DNA from: Eubacteriales bacterium
GTDB lineage: Bacteria > Bacillota > Clostridia > Oscillospirales > SIG627
Assembly: GCA_045536965.1 (NCBI GenBank)
Contig: JAZSON010000019.1
Coordinates: forward strand, 7,393-71,392
Direction of reading: 5' to 3'
Length of the DNA: 64,000 bases
Part shown: one piece after another, positions 36,494 to 49,700 of the stretch
Layout: each line of letters opens with the position of its first letter
How positions within the stretch are numbered: position 1 is the stretch's first letter
Position numbers and translations under genes: made by a program
The notes under the pieces: generated by a model
The model's input: the letters and a program-made list of their open reading frames with translations, nothing else
Told to the model about the DNA's origin: nothing
Databases searched by the model: none

Positions 36494-38377
36494 CTGGGAT
36501 GCCTCCCATTCCTCGTAAAGAGACATCAAAGTATTTTCCATTTCTTCTTTTTGTGCCGAAAGTTCTTCCAGTTTTTTGTAATCGGTGGCGGCTTCTCCCA
36601 TCATTTTTTCATCAATGGCTTTGATTTCATCCTCCAGCCGCGGGATTTCACTTTCCAAAAAAGCAAGGCGTCGCTGAGCCTTTTTCTCCTCCGAACGTCT
36701 TTTTTTCAAATCCCGATAAGCCTCTGCTGCCTCACTCGGTGCTTTCGGTTCTTTTTTCATTTCGATATCATTTTCACTCAACCAACTGCGGTATTCCTCG
36801 TATCCCCCCTCGAAGACCATCGTGTTTTCGGCAGAAAAGGCCAAAATACGGGTAGCCATGCGGGTCAACAAATAGCGGTCATGGGATACGGCGATCACGG
36901 TGCCGTCAAAGGCAGTTAACGCCCCTTCCAGTGCCTCGCAAGTCGCGGCATCCAAATGGTTGGTCGGTTCATCGAGAATCAGCACATTGCATCGACGGGT
37001 CATAAGTTTGGCAAGCGTGATGCGGGCGCGTTCACCGCCGCTTAACACGGCAATCTTTTTTTCAGCATCTTCCCCGCGAAAGAGAAAAAGAGCCAAAAGG
37101 CCGCGCAGTTTTTCATTGGAGGTTTCTCCCCCCGCCTCGCGCAGCTCCTCCAAAACGGTATTATCCGGATTCAACCGCTGATTTTCCTGATCGTAATAGC
37201 CAATCTTTACGTTGTATCCAAAATTGTAGGTACCGCGATAAGGGGGATAAACGCCGCACAAAATTTTAAGTACCGTTGATTTTCCGCAACCATTCGGACC
37301 GACAATAAAAAAGCGATCATCTTTCTTCACTTCAAAAGAAAGTCCTTCAAAGAGCGTTTTTTCTCCAAAACGCATGGACAGATTCGAGACGTTGAGCACA
37401 TCATTTCCACTTGGCAATGTTCCCTCAAATTGAAATCTCGCTTCCATGGGCGGCGGCATCGGTTTATCCAGTTTGACCATGCGATCGAGTGCCTTTTGAC
37501 GGCTTTCGGCCGCTATGATATTACGCTGGCGGTTCCATTTACGTTGCAACGCGATATATGCTTCAATGCGGCGAATTTCTTTTTGCTGATCACGATAATG
37601 CTTCTCGTAAATCTCGGCATTTTTAACTTTTTCTTCGGTATAATACGAATAGTTTCCCTTATAAAACGTTCCGCGCCCGTTTTCAATTTCGAGGGTTTTA
37701 TTGGTCACGCTATCCAAAAAATAACGGTCATGAGAAACGGTAATCAACGTAACCTTCATGTTCCGCAGTTGTTCCTCCAACCAAGTTACGGCGCGAATAT
37801 CCAGATGGTTGGTAGGCTCATCAAGAAACAGAATATCGGGAGTGTTCAACAAAAGTCCCGCCAACGCAAGGGTGGTCTGTTGGCCGCCCGAAAGGGTGTT
37901 GACAGGTCTTTGCTGCATTTCTTCCGAAAAGCCCAGTTTTTTCAAAACTCCCGCAATTCGACTTCGGTAACTGTCTCCGCCCAGTTTACGATGCTGTTCG
38001 CTCAAACGTTGATAACGATCCAAAAGGGATGTATCCGCATTTTCCGCATGCAATTCTTTTTCAACACGCTCAAGTTCTTCCTCAATACGAATAAGCTCGG
38101 TAAAGCCCGAGCGCATTTCTTCAAACAAAGTGAAATTGGAATGGTGCGCACGCACCTGCTGACCAAGATAGCCGATTTTCGCGCCGTTTGCAATGGTGAT
38201 TACCCCGTCGGTGGCTTCCATTTCACCGAGCAGGACCTTCAAAAGGGTGGTTTTTCCTGCGCCGTTGACACCGACAAGACCGAGCTTATCGCCTGCTTCC
38301 AAAGAAAACCCGACGCCTGCAAATAGCGTTCTGTCTCCAAAAGCAACCGAAACGTCCTTACATTGTATCACTGCCAT
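36488..38377 (-). CDS. ABC-F family ATP-binding protein
   Basis: Two ABC domains (GVNGAGKT, GPNGCGKS, LSGG, LDEPTNHLD twice), no TM segments, C-terminal coiled coil. Confidence 0.95.
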   Translation of the reverse strand: MAVIQCKDVSVAFGDRTLFAGVGFSLEAGDKLGLVGVNGAGKTTLLKVLLGEMEATDGVITIANGAKIGYLGQQVRAHHSNFTLFEEMRSGFTELIRIEEELERVEKELHAENADTSLLDRYQRLSEQHRKLGGDSYRSRIAGVLKKLGFSEEMQQRPVNTLSGGQQTTLALAGLLLNTPDILFLDEPTNHLDIRAVTWLEEQLRNMKVTLITVSHDRYFLDSVTNKTLEIENGRGTFYKGNYSYYTEEKVKNAEIYEKHYRDQQKEIRRIEAYIALQRKWNRQRNIIAAESRQKALDRMVKLDKPMPPPMEARFQFEGTLPSGNDVLNVSNLSMRFGEKTLFEGLSFEVKKDDRFFIVGPNGCGKSTVLKILCGVYPPYRGTYNFGYNVKIGYYDQENQRLNPDNTVLEELREAGGETSNEKLRGLLALFLFRGEDAEKKIAVLSGGERARITLAKLMTRRCNVLILDEPTNHLDAATCEALEGALTAFDGTVIAVSHDRYLLTRMATRILAFSAENTMVFEGGYEEYRSWLSENDIEMKKEPKAPSEAAEAYRDLKKRRSEEKKAQRRLAFLESEIPRLEDEIKAIDEKMMGEAATDYKKLEELSAQKEEMENTLMSLYEEWEASQS

Positions 38378-38492
38378 AATCCGACTATCCTCCGTCCTTT
38401 TCTTTCTGTCAAAAGAAAGAATGCATGGGTAGTATACCACATTTTCTACCTACTTGCAACAAAAACAAATACAAAAAGAAAGCCTAAAACAC

Positions 38493-38521
38493 TTGACATT
38501 CGCCGAAAAACTATATATAAT
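38493..38521 (+). promoter_or_regulatory. Consensus sigma-A promoter
   Basis: TTGACA-17 nt-TATAAT, perfect match. Confidence 0.8.
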
Positions 38522-38591
38522 ATGGTAACTTATAATATAGTCTTATATTCAGCTTTCTCGGCAAACAGAACGCACGAAAGGATGTGTTATT

Positions 38592-39182
38592 TTGAACACA
38601 AAACAAAACAACGCAGCAGGTATCTCGCTTTTGATTGCGGTTACGGTTGCTCTGCAATTTCTCTCCTCTTTTCTCTCGGTTTTTTTGCAATTTTCTCTCT
38701 CTCTGGTTATGGTGCCCATTGTCATTGCCGCTGTGTATTTCGGCATCAAAGGCAGCATAGCAACAGGGGTTGCGTTTGGAACAACCGTATTTATCCAGTG
38801 TCTTGCAGGTTTGGATGTAGGCGGTGCTACTTTACTCGGCATTGCTCCATTCTTTACCTTCCTTGCTACCGTCGGACGCGGTCTGCTGGTTGGTTGCATC
38901 ACAGGATTGATTCCTGTTTTGATGCGTAAATGCACACATCGACTTTGGCTCATCACGGGTATAACCGCCATTTTTGCCGTTGTGTCCAATACGGGTATTT
39001 TCGTTTTTCTCTTTGCCACCTTATTCAATCAAACATTGCATGAATGGGCAGGCAGTGAGTCAACCATCAATTTTATCGTTTTTTCTTTGGTCGGCATCAA
39101 TTTCATCATCGAACTCTCGTCGACCGTTTTACTATCTCCTCCCATCGTCAAAGCAATCGGCTATGTGAAAAAACTGTTCTAA
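38592..39182 (+). CDS. ECF transporter S component, probably pantothenate-type (PanT-like)
   Basis: About 6 TM segments, SLVMVPIVI...G...G...G..FG, NTGIF and INFIIE motifs. Adjacent to pantothenate kinase. Confidence 0.7.
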   Translation: MNTKQNNAAGISLLIAVTVALQFLSSFLSVFLQFSLSLVMVPIVIAAVYFGIKGSIATGVAFGTTVFIQCLAGLDVGGATLLGIAPFFTFLATVGRGLLVGCITGLIPVLMRKCTHRLWLITGITAIFAVVSNTGIFVFLFATLFNQTLHEWAGSESTINFIVFSLVGINFIIELSSTVLLSPPIVKAIGYVKKLF

Positions 39183-39204
39183 TTTCATTGATAAGGAAAG
39201 AGTT

Positions 39205-41557
<2,353 letters not shown>

Positions 41558-41564
41558 CACAACC

Positions 41565-41633
41565 AAACGCCGACCGAAAATTCGGTCGGCGTTTTAATTG
41601 CAAAAGAAAAGGCAGAGAATTTCTCTGCCTTTT
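41565..41633. terminator. Two back-to-back terminators for guaB and the convergent surface-protein gene
   Basis: AAACGCCGACCGAA-aa-TTCGGTCGGCGTTT and AAAAGGCAGAGAA-t-TTCTCTGCCTTTT. Confidence 0.85.
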
Positions 41634-41641
41634 TGTGTTAT

Positions 41642-44600
41642 TTATACCCTTTGTCTCTTATGTCTTTTTCCGAGAACAATCAGCGCACTACCCAAAATCA
41701 GGGTCACAACGAGAACCGATGCCCAAATGATCAGTGCACCGCTGTCGCCTGTTGCTACAACACGGTCAACCATACGAATGTTGGTGAAGTTTGTAGCGCT
41801 TCTTGCCTTGAGCGCGTAGTCCACGGTATAACGAAGGGTTCTGCTTCCGCTCACATTGCCGCCTGTCTTGGCGTAACCATCCAAAAGTCCTGTTATCTCA
41901 CCACCGCCGAGCGAAACGACCACTTTGCCGTTAAGGGTGCTGTCGACTACACTGCCGCCGTTCACTCTGCCGATTCTGCCGCCAACGACCGTAATTTTAA
42001 CATTACCGTTGTGTGTGCCCGAACCTGTCCAGGTACCGCCGTATACAGCTGAAACCATACCGCCGAGGATCTCAATAAGAATGTCAAAGTTGCTCGGTGT
42101 GTAGGCGCCCGATACATGTCCGCTGATTTTCGTAGCATCACCACCGACAATCAATTCGGCGTATCCATTCAATCCTGCGCACACATATGAGAAAGTGCCA
42201 CCGAAAACATTCATCTTCGTGCCGACACCGCCCGCATGTCTGACATAGATAGAGGAAGCGGTAGAAGTAAAGGTGGAAGTAAAGTAAGTGCTGTAACCCG
42301 CGGGAGGATAATAACTAAAGCGGTTGCAACTGTTATCCCAATGCACGTTCTTATAAATGAAGTTAACACTCGGGCTATACGTTCTACGTTCAATATCACA
42401 CTTGACAACAGAAGAATCGGCCATTTCGTACTTGGTTAACGCATCCGTTGCCAAAACGCCGCGACTTGAACCGATCACCGTAACCGGTTTGGATACTTGC
42501 GGAGTCGTAATGGTGCTGTTGAGGGTGACTTGACCCGTGGTAGCATTGGTGGAAACCTTTACAGTCACCTTGCCCTTTACATTATCATTCAATTTATTGA
42601 GTCGGATTTCTGCCATCTCGGTTCTGCCCGTCAGATGGATATTGGTACCGCTGTAAAGGGAACTTGCGCTCTTTTCATAGTTGCTGATATAGTCAAGCGC
42701 ATTCAAAATACTGCTGAAAGGTTTTGCTTTAGTGCCGTCGCCATTGGTAATTTTGGTGCTGCCGTTTACATAGACATCCAACTGTGTGGTAGTTACAATT
42801 TTAGTGATGCCAAGTACATACGCATCGGCGGGAATCTTAGAAGCTCCAAGCTTTGCAAGTTCCGTCGAGGTGACAACGCCATTTGTCTCTCCATCAAGAA
42901 GTTTCGCCGACAAAAGATCGGTGACAACAGCATTTTTATTTCTCAAAAGAATGGTAGAAGAAAAAGTAGTGCCTCCGCTAATGTTACCTGCAAATAGGTT
43001 TTCGACAGTACCTTTTTCAATGACAATGTTCGCAGAACCGCCAACATCACCTATCGAACCACCGCCGACAAGAATGCTCACATTCGCGCCATTTAGCAAA
43101 ATAGAGGTGTTACCGCTCACTGTACCCATTATACCGCCACCGATGATACCGACATAACTACCCGACAAAACGGTAAGCGAAGTAGAATCCACTTCATCAC
43201 TCATAGCGCCGCCGACCAACATGGTAGGAGCGGCCAATGTGCATCCTGCTCCCATGGTCAAAGCGTTTCCGTTTGCTAAGATAGCCAATTCAGGTTTGCT
43301 TTCATCATTTTCAGATGACACTGTATCCAAAGTGATATTTTTGAATTCCACAGGGCCATTGAGCGAAAGAATCACAGCATCGCCTTCGCCTTCAACAATC
43401 AAAGATGCTTTTTTATTGCCCGTGATGGTAACATTGCCGTCAAATGAATAGGTGTTATAAATAGCGCTATCGTCTGTTGAAACGGTCGCATCGGCAAGAA
43501 GTACAATGGTTCCGCCCTCACCGAGTTTATTGAAATTCAGGAATGCATCGTCCATGGTGGTAAAGGGTTTGGCCTTGGTACCATCGCTCTCACCAACAAA
43601 AGTAGGATCAACGTAGACCGTTTCCTGGAGGTTTTCGATATATCCAATAACCTCATAGGAATCAAAGTCAATAGCCGCCGATTCCTTCGGGGCATATTTT
43701 ACGCCGAGGTTACCCTCAACAATCACTTTACTGATAGTTGTTTCGCCGCTGGCTGAACCCTCGTTACGGTAATAGGCATCGCCTTTACCTTCCAAGCTTC
43801 CGCTATGAGATCCACCCGCAAAAATTACAGTATACTCTTCCACATAAGAATTGGTAGTGCCGCCGCTGGAGTAGGAAGCACGGCTGTATCCCGTAACATC
43901 ACTCCCCTTTTCCAAGCGAAGGGTGATTTTGTTGGCAGTACGCTTGTAGGCACCAAATGCTACGTTGGTAATAGAGTTTCTCAAAACGATATTGACTTCA
44001 TCCACGCCTACACCATAGGGTGCATTTGCGGTAAACCAGTTGGTAACCTTCGTATTGGTCAAATACAGGTTTTTACCGCCCATGATATTCTGAACGGTGG
44101 TATTTTTTACATACAGATCCGCATTGCGTCCGCCGTAAATATACACGATATCATTGGAGAACGAAGCGCCATCCACCGTCATTTCAAAGGCATCGTCAAA
44201 AGGCGATGCGGTCATATCGTCATGATACTTTTGCGCAAAAAGAACAATCGCACGATAGTTAGGCGCTGAAAAAGCCACGTTTTGCCAGACAATCGGGCCC
44301 TGCATAATAAAATCAAATCCGGTACTCGATCCGGCGTAGTGGTGTTTTACGGTGCTATTAGAATTGGTGACGATGGTACCGCCGCGCACCTTTAAAGAGA
44401 ATGAATATTCAGGAGACACATAGTTTGTCTTTTTGCTGTCTAACACAACCGTTCCGACTATTTGGATAGTTACAGAGGATGCAATGCCGCGCTTATAAAG
44501 ACTTATTGCTCGGTTGACCGCTTTTTCAAAGGTTTTCATGCGGAGCGCTTCGGTCAAGCCGCTGTTCGCATCATTTCCGCCTTCACCAACGAACAGAATA

Positions 44601-45778
44601 ACGGGTTTACCGCCTTCTTCGGGAGGATCTGCACGGTGTTCATTGCGGTTGTCATAGCCGGGAAGTGCACTCTCGGTGATGGCATACTCATAACCGTCAT
44701 ACGCATTGACTGTTTTATTACCAGTGCAAGCGGTCGAGGCATCGCCTGTACCACCTGTTACCGAACTGAGTCCAAGTTCTCCCCCCGACAAGTTGAGGGT
44801 GTAGTTGGCAGTTGAAATAGAATTGGAGCCGTTTTCTGCAAAAGCACCTAAATAAAATTCATCAATCGTACCACCCGAAATATTGATTTCACGATTACCG
44901 ATGGCGCCCTGCACCTTGCCTGCCACATACATTTCACCAATATAACCGCCGGTAATATTCAAAACGGCACTTTCGGTTTTGGCGCAGCCGATGAAAGTAT
45001 ATACCTGCGCATTGGAGCCAATGTTGACAACGGTGGAAGAACCGGAAGATTCTGCGGTTGCCATATCCATTACAACCGTGCTGAATGTACCGCCGTTCAA
45101 GTGCAAGGTGTTACTGAGTTTGGAAAATTCAAGATTAAAATTCGCAGCATTCACACCGCTCGTTTCAAAGTCATCTTCAAAAGTAACGGTCGTAGCATTG
45201 ACACATTTGAGGGTGATTTTATCGTACACAGCATCGATGCGGATGTTATCAAAAATGAGTTCGCTTTTGATATTGACAATCAAATGGGCTTCTTTCAATT
45301 GAGTAATGTTGTTACTTGCGAGAAGCGCGGGATCTGCCAAATCGGTGGGAGATTCAACCTTTTGGGTCAAATTACCACCCGTTCCGCGAATGATCACGGG
45401 GAATGACAACGCAGGGAGCTGCAACATATTGGTCATCTTTTTGCCGCCTGACATGCTGGCAAAACTCTGCAAAAAATATCTCGCAGAGCCGCCAAGTTCT
45501 GCTTTAGCGCGCACAGTTTCAGCAAGAGGTGTATCTCCTGCAACCAAAATGACCGCTTCATCCACTCCGCTCACCGTGGAAAGATAATAAAACGCAGTAT
45601 TCAGATTCAAAAACGGTTTTTCAGCCGATCCGTCGCTATCGTCGCCGGTATACTGACCGTTGACGTAGACAGTTTTCACAACAAGTTCCTCTGCAGCAAC
45701 GATCAAACTCACAAGCGATGCGGGCACGAGGGACACCAGCATAAGAAGTGATAAAACGAGTGCTAAAAATCTTTTCAT
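41642..45778 (-). CDS. Large secreted/cell-wall-anchored repetitive beta-solenoid protein (paralog B)
   Basis: Signal peptide, four VYV..G.D..DG..KPF modules, Gly-rich GG repeats, and C-terminal VATGD + TM + basic tail. Confidence 0.8.
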   Translation of the reverse strand: MKRFLALVLSLLMLVSLVPASLVSLIVAAEELVVKTVYVNGQYTGDDSDGSAEKPFLNLNTAFYYLSTVSGVDEAVILVAGDTPLAETVRAKAELGGSARYFLQSFASMSGGKKMTNMLQLPALSFPVIIRGTGGNLTQKVESPTDLADPALLASNNITQLKEAHLIVNIKSELIFDNIRIDAVYDKITLKCVNATTVTFEDDFETSGVNAANFNLEFSKLSNTLHLNGGTFSTVVMDMATAESSGSSTVVNIGSNAQVYTFIGCAKTESAVLNITGGYIGEMYVAGKVQGAIGNREINISGGTIDEFYLGAFAENGSNSISTANYTLNLSGGELGLSSVTGGTGDASTACTGNKTVNAYDGYEYAITESALPGYDNRNEHRADPPEEGGKPVILFVGEGGNDANSGLTEALRMKTFEKAVNRAISLYKRGIASSVTIQIVGTVVLDSKKTNYVSPEYSFSLKVRGGTIVTNSNSTVKHHYAGSSTGFDFIMQGPIVWQNVAFSAPNYRAIVLFAQKYHDDMTASPFDDAFEMTVDGASFSNDIVYIYGGRNADLYVKNTTVQNIMGGKNLYLTNTKVTNWFTANAPYGVGVDEVNIVLRNSITNVAFGAYKRTANKITLRLEKGSDVTGYSRASYSSGGTTNSYVEEYTVIFAGGSHSGSLEGKGDAYYRNEGSASGETTISKVIVEGNLGVKYAPKESAAIDFDSYEVIGYIENLQETVYVDPTFVGESDGTKAKPFTTMDDAFLNFNKLGEGGTIVLLADATVSTDDSAIYNTYSFDGNVTITGNKKASLIVEGEGDAVILSLNGPVEFKNITLDTVSSENDESKPELAILANGNALTMGAGCTLAAPTMLVGGAMSDEVDSTSLTVLSGSYVGIIGGGIMGTVSGNTSILLNGANVSILVGGGSIGDVGGSANIVIEKGTVENLFAGNISGGTTFSSTILLRNKNAVVTDLLSAKLLDGETNGVVTSTELAKLGASKIPADAYVLGITKIVTTTQLDVYVNGSTKITNGDGTKAKPFSSILNALDYISNYEKSASSLYSGTNIHLTGRTEMAEIRLNKLNDNVKGKVTVKVSTNATTGQVTLNSTITTPQVSKPVTVIGSSRGVLATDALTKYEMADSSVVKCDIERRTYSPSVNFIYKNVHWDNSCNRFSYYPPAGYSTYFTSTFTSTASSIYVRHAGGVGTKMNVFGGTFSYVCAGLNGYAELIVGGDATKISGHVSGAYTPSNFDILIEILGGMVSAVYGGTWTGSGTHNGNVKITVVGGRIGRVNGGSVVDSTLNGKVVVSLGGGEITGLLDGYAKTGGNVSGSRTLRYTVDYALKARSATNFTNIRMVDRVVATGDSGALIIWASVLVVTLILGSALIVLGKRHKRQRV

Positions 45779-45823
45779 TTTCATCCTCCGCGATGCTCGA
45801 GTACAAACTTAAAATATTTTTCC

Positions 45824-45852
45824 ATTCTATCATAATTTCAAAATCAAGTCAA
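45824..45852 (-). promoter_or_regulatory. Sigma-A promoter of paralog B
   Basis: Minus strand TTGACT-17 nt-TAGAAT with TG extension. Confidence 0.65.
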
Positions 45853-45895
45853 GGCGCACAAGTACATTTTCAAGAAAAACCCATATATTACAACG

Positions 45896-45923
45896 AAAAA
45901 ACCGCGATGAAATCGCGGTTTTT
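45896..45923 (-). terminator. Terminator after ribU
   Basis: AAAAACCGCGAT-ttc-ATCGCGGTTTTTT on the minus strand. Confidence 0.8.
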
Positions 45924-45927
45924 CACT

Positions 45928-46476
45928 TCAATGCAAAATATAGCGGTTGATGACTTTTTGCAGAGGGAGATAAAGCAAAAGGGAGATAACGACATTCAAG
46001 CTCGCTTTAATAAGATTGAACGATCCAATATACGGCAAGAGGTCTATCACCACAGCGCGGGGGACGCCCATGTGCAAGGGTGTGATGAAAATATTCAAAA
46101 CGATCATCACTGCCGTCATGGTAAAAATGCCCGCAAGTCCCGCAATATACAAGGACCAGTTATGTTTTTTCAAGCATAAGTTTATATATCCGACCGCAAG
46201 TACCATCGAACCCGTCGCAAGAATGTGCATCAGAATTCCGATCACACCCGAAGCAGAAGATACGGTCAAACCCTGCACGATGCTGACGATCACTGTCATT
46301 ACCAAGCCTACAATCGGACCGAAAAGAAAGGTGCCGAAAAGGATGGGCATATCCGCAGGATCGTATTCCAAAAAAGAGACGGCGGGGAAAATTGGGAAAT
46401 GCAATAAAAATACAAGCGCAACGCCAAGGGCGGAAAGCATGGAAATGGCTGTCAGTTTTTTTGTATGGATACTCAT
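45928..46476 (-). CDS. ribU: ECF riboflavin transporter S component
   Basis: FPIFP..FLEYDPAD.P.L.GTF.FGP and FNLIK motifs. Lies downstream of an FMN riboswitch. Confidence 0.88.
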   Translation of the reverse strand: MSIHTKKLTAISMLSALGVALVFLLHFPIFPAVSFLEYDPADMPILFGTFLFGPIVGLVMTVIVSIVQGLTVSSASGVIGILMHILATGSMVLAVGYINLCLKKHNWSLYIAGLAGIFTMTAVMIVLNIFITPLHMGVPRAVVIDLLPYIGSFNLIKASLNVVISLLLYLPLQKVINRYILH

Positions 46477-46488
46477 AATATACTCCTA

Positions 46489-46516
46489 AAAATAAAAAAA
46501 CCCGCAAAAAGCGGGG
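46489..46516 (-). terminator. Riboswitch expression-platform terminator
   Basis: Minus strand CCCGC-TTTTT-GCGGG followed by a T tract, just before the ribU RBS. Confidence 0.7.
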
Positions 46517-46547
46517 AAGATCATGGCTGTCAGTAAAACAGCCTGTC

Positions 46548-46665
46548 TCTCTTCTCTCATCCGGACTTTAACCGTCGGTATAGGAATTTCACCTATTCGG
46601 CGCAAATAATGCGTTCGCGGACTGTCACCGCCGGTATGGATTTTCACCATCCCCGAAGATTCTTT
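46548..46665 (-). ncRNA. FMN riboswitch (RFN element)
   Basis: Minus strand ATCTTCGGGG..GGTGAAAATCC..ACCGGCGGT..AGTCCGCGA...GGTGAAATTCC..ACCGACGGT.AAAGTCCGGATG.GAGAAGA. Confidence 0.95.
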
Positions 46666-46681
46666 ATGCAATTTAGGTAAT

Positions 46682-46709
46682 CCTGCCGGACGCAAATGCG
46701 TCCGGCAGG
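46682..46709. other. GC-rich hairpin without a downstream U tract
   Basis: CCTGCCGGACGCA-aa-TGCGTCCGGCAGG. Confidence 0.7.
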
Positions 46710-46722
46710 AAAAACAGTTCAA

Positions 46723-49700
46723 TTAGTTTGCGCTGTAACGTTTTTTGCGACGGAGGAGCATCAAAGATGCAAATCCCGCAAGAGCCATCAAGAAAGCGCC
46801 GCTCCAAATCAAGATGGAGCCGTCATCACCGGTTGCAACAATGCGATCAACCATCTTCATGGAATCGAAGTTGGTTGCGGTTCTTGCTTTAACAGCAAAT
46901 TCAACCGTATAACGGAGGGTACGTTTACCCGAAACGTGTTTTGCACCACTCTTGAAGTCGCCGTCCAACACACCGGAAACGGTACCGCCGCCGAGGTTGA
47001 CGCGAACATTACCGGCAAGGTCACCTGCCATACCGCCCGCGTACATAGTACCAACGTTACCACCAACAACAGTAATAGTAACATCGCCGTTCATACCACC
47101 CGAAGAAGGACCGCCGTAGAGCTGAGAAACAACGCCGCCGAGAATTTCAATCTTGTTGTTCAAGCCGCCGTTATAGCCAGCGAGATAACCAGTAATACGA
47201 GTTGCATCGCCACCGACAATGACTTCGCCATCGCCGTAACGGTTAGTCCAAATGTAGTTAAAGGTTCCGCCGAAGACCATCATCTTAACACCTTTTCCGC
47301 CGGGATTGATAACGTAAAGTGCCACACCGCCAACACGGTTAAAGGTGCTGGTAAAGTAGGTGCTGTAACCGGCCGTCGGGTAAAGGTGCTGACGTGCATT
47401 GGAAATTTCCAAAGTGATGTTCTTATAAGTGATGCTTGCAGAAGGAGCGAAAGTACGGTAGTCGTTATCAAACGTATAGGTCGAGTTGTCTGCAAGGGTA
47501 TATTTTGTAGCAGCTGCAGCAATCAATTTACCACTGCCTGTACCACGAATGGTCACAGGTGTAGACATTACAGGAGTGCTAACCGTGGTGTTGTTGATCT
47601 TCAAACCGGTTGTAGCGTTGGTCGACAGAGAAACTTTGAGATACTTTCTTGCCGATTCACTGAGCTTGCTGAGAAGGTTTTCGTTCAATTCGGTTGCGCC
47701 GGTTACGATGATCTCAATGGATTCGAGGAATTTACCTGCATTTGCTTCAGCAGCATCAGCCGCAATGAAAGCATCAATCAGGTTGTTGTACGGTTTCGTC
47801 TTGGAACCGTCTGCTTGTGCATAAGGCACCTTGGTTTTACCGTTTACATAGATAGAAGTAGATGTCGAGGTGTCGCGATCAGCAAAACCTACAACGAATT
47901 CTTCTGCGGGAAGTTTAGCCGAACCAAGTTTCTTCAAAATTGTATCGCCGCCTTCGGTTACACCGGAGGTCTCGCCGTCAGAAAGCATGGTAGTAAGAAG
48001 AGTGGTGATCTTGGCATTTTTATTTCTGACCAAAACGCCAGTGCTTTGAACAGTACCGGAAGTATAGTTCGCTGCATACAAGGTGTTGACAACACCTTTT
48101 TCGACCCAAATATAAACGCCGCCGAATACAGTGTCGTTTTCGTTGCCGCCGATCAGAAGATCAACGTTTGCGCCTTCAACAATGATTTCAATATCACCCG
48201 AAACATCGCCGGAAGCGTTACCACCGACCACTTTCTTATAGTCGCCCGAATTCAAGGTGATCTTGGAAGACTTAACAGTTCTGCCATCACGGGAACCGCC
48301 ATAAACATTCAAATCGAAATCAGCAACGGTTACACCGCTTCCGAAAACGATATCATTGCCATTGGCGTAGATGGTTGCTTCAGCGGGTGCAGAAGCATTG
48401 ACTGCAAGGGTAATATTCTTAAATATAATAGAACTTTCAAATTCTTGGATGTTTTCTGCATCGCTTCCCAAGAAAAGTTTTGCTTTCTTATTGGAAGTGA
48501 TGGTGACAACACCCTCAAATGCGGGAATGCCGGAACCATTGGGAAGCTCGGTGTCTTTTAACAGAATGATCGTGCCGTCATCAGCCGAATCAATGAAGTT
48601 TTGGAAAGCATCGCTAAGATTGGTAAAGGGTTTGGCTTTGCTACCATCGCTCTCGAGGCCGGTATAAGTAGGATCTACATACACAGTCTCTTTTACATTG
48701 GGGTTGAAGTTGATTACTTCATAAGAATCAAAGTCAACACAAGCGGATTCAGCGGGAGCATATTTCAAACCGATGTTGCCATCGACAATGATCTTACTGA
48801 CGCCCGTTTCACCGGTTTCAGCTTGGTTGAAGCGATAATAGTTATCGCCCTTTCCTTGCGGTTTCACAGCGGTACCGCCGGCGAAAATAACCGTCATTTC
48901 TTCGACGTAGCATTTAGCAGCTGCGCCACCGCCACCGTAAGAAGCGCGGATGTAGCTGGTGACCGAGGAGCCTTTTTCCAAACGGAGAACGGCTTTATTG
49001 GTTTCGATAGAGTAACCACCGGGGAATACGACAGGCGTGGTGGAGTTGCGCATGGTAATGTAGGTGTCGGAGCCTGCAATGTCACCGGAGTAAAGACCTG
49101 CAATGTATCCGGTAACCGTAGAATCTTCTACATAAATGGTTTTACCGCCTAAAAGTCTTTCGACTTTCGAGCCATTCAAAAGCTTAATATCTGCGCTGCT
49201 GCGGCCAACCAAAACCGAATAACCGGCGGTGCTGAAAACACAGCCATCCAATGTGATCGGATAAGCGGCTTCGGGGCTGATAGGTGTATAGGAAGCGTTG
49301 ACCTGTTGGCCATAGATATACACCCATGTGATGTTGGGGAAGCTCATGTCAATATCTTTGAGAATGATAGGTCCTTGGAAAATAAGGTTGAAGTTGTTGC
49401 CGCTCCAGTTATTGACAATGGAACCGCCTTTAATGGTTAGCGGGAAATCGAATTTGGGAGTTACATATCTGGTAGCAACAGACATTTCGACCTTGCCGAC
49501 AACATTGATAACCACGGACAAAGCAAGACCGCGGTTATAAACGCCGATGGCTTTGGAAATAGCCGCATCCAAAGATTCCAACTTGGTAGCAGGAGTCTTA
49601 CCGTTGTTGGCATCATTGCCGCCTTCGCCTACATACACCGTATAGGAAGGAGCAGGACCCGCGGGAGGATTGGTGCGGTATTCATTGCGAACGGTCATAC

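Noticed and set aside
46696..48561. 621-aa plus-strand ORF
   Set aside because: Antisense shadow of surface-protein paralog A.
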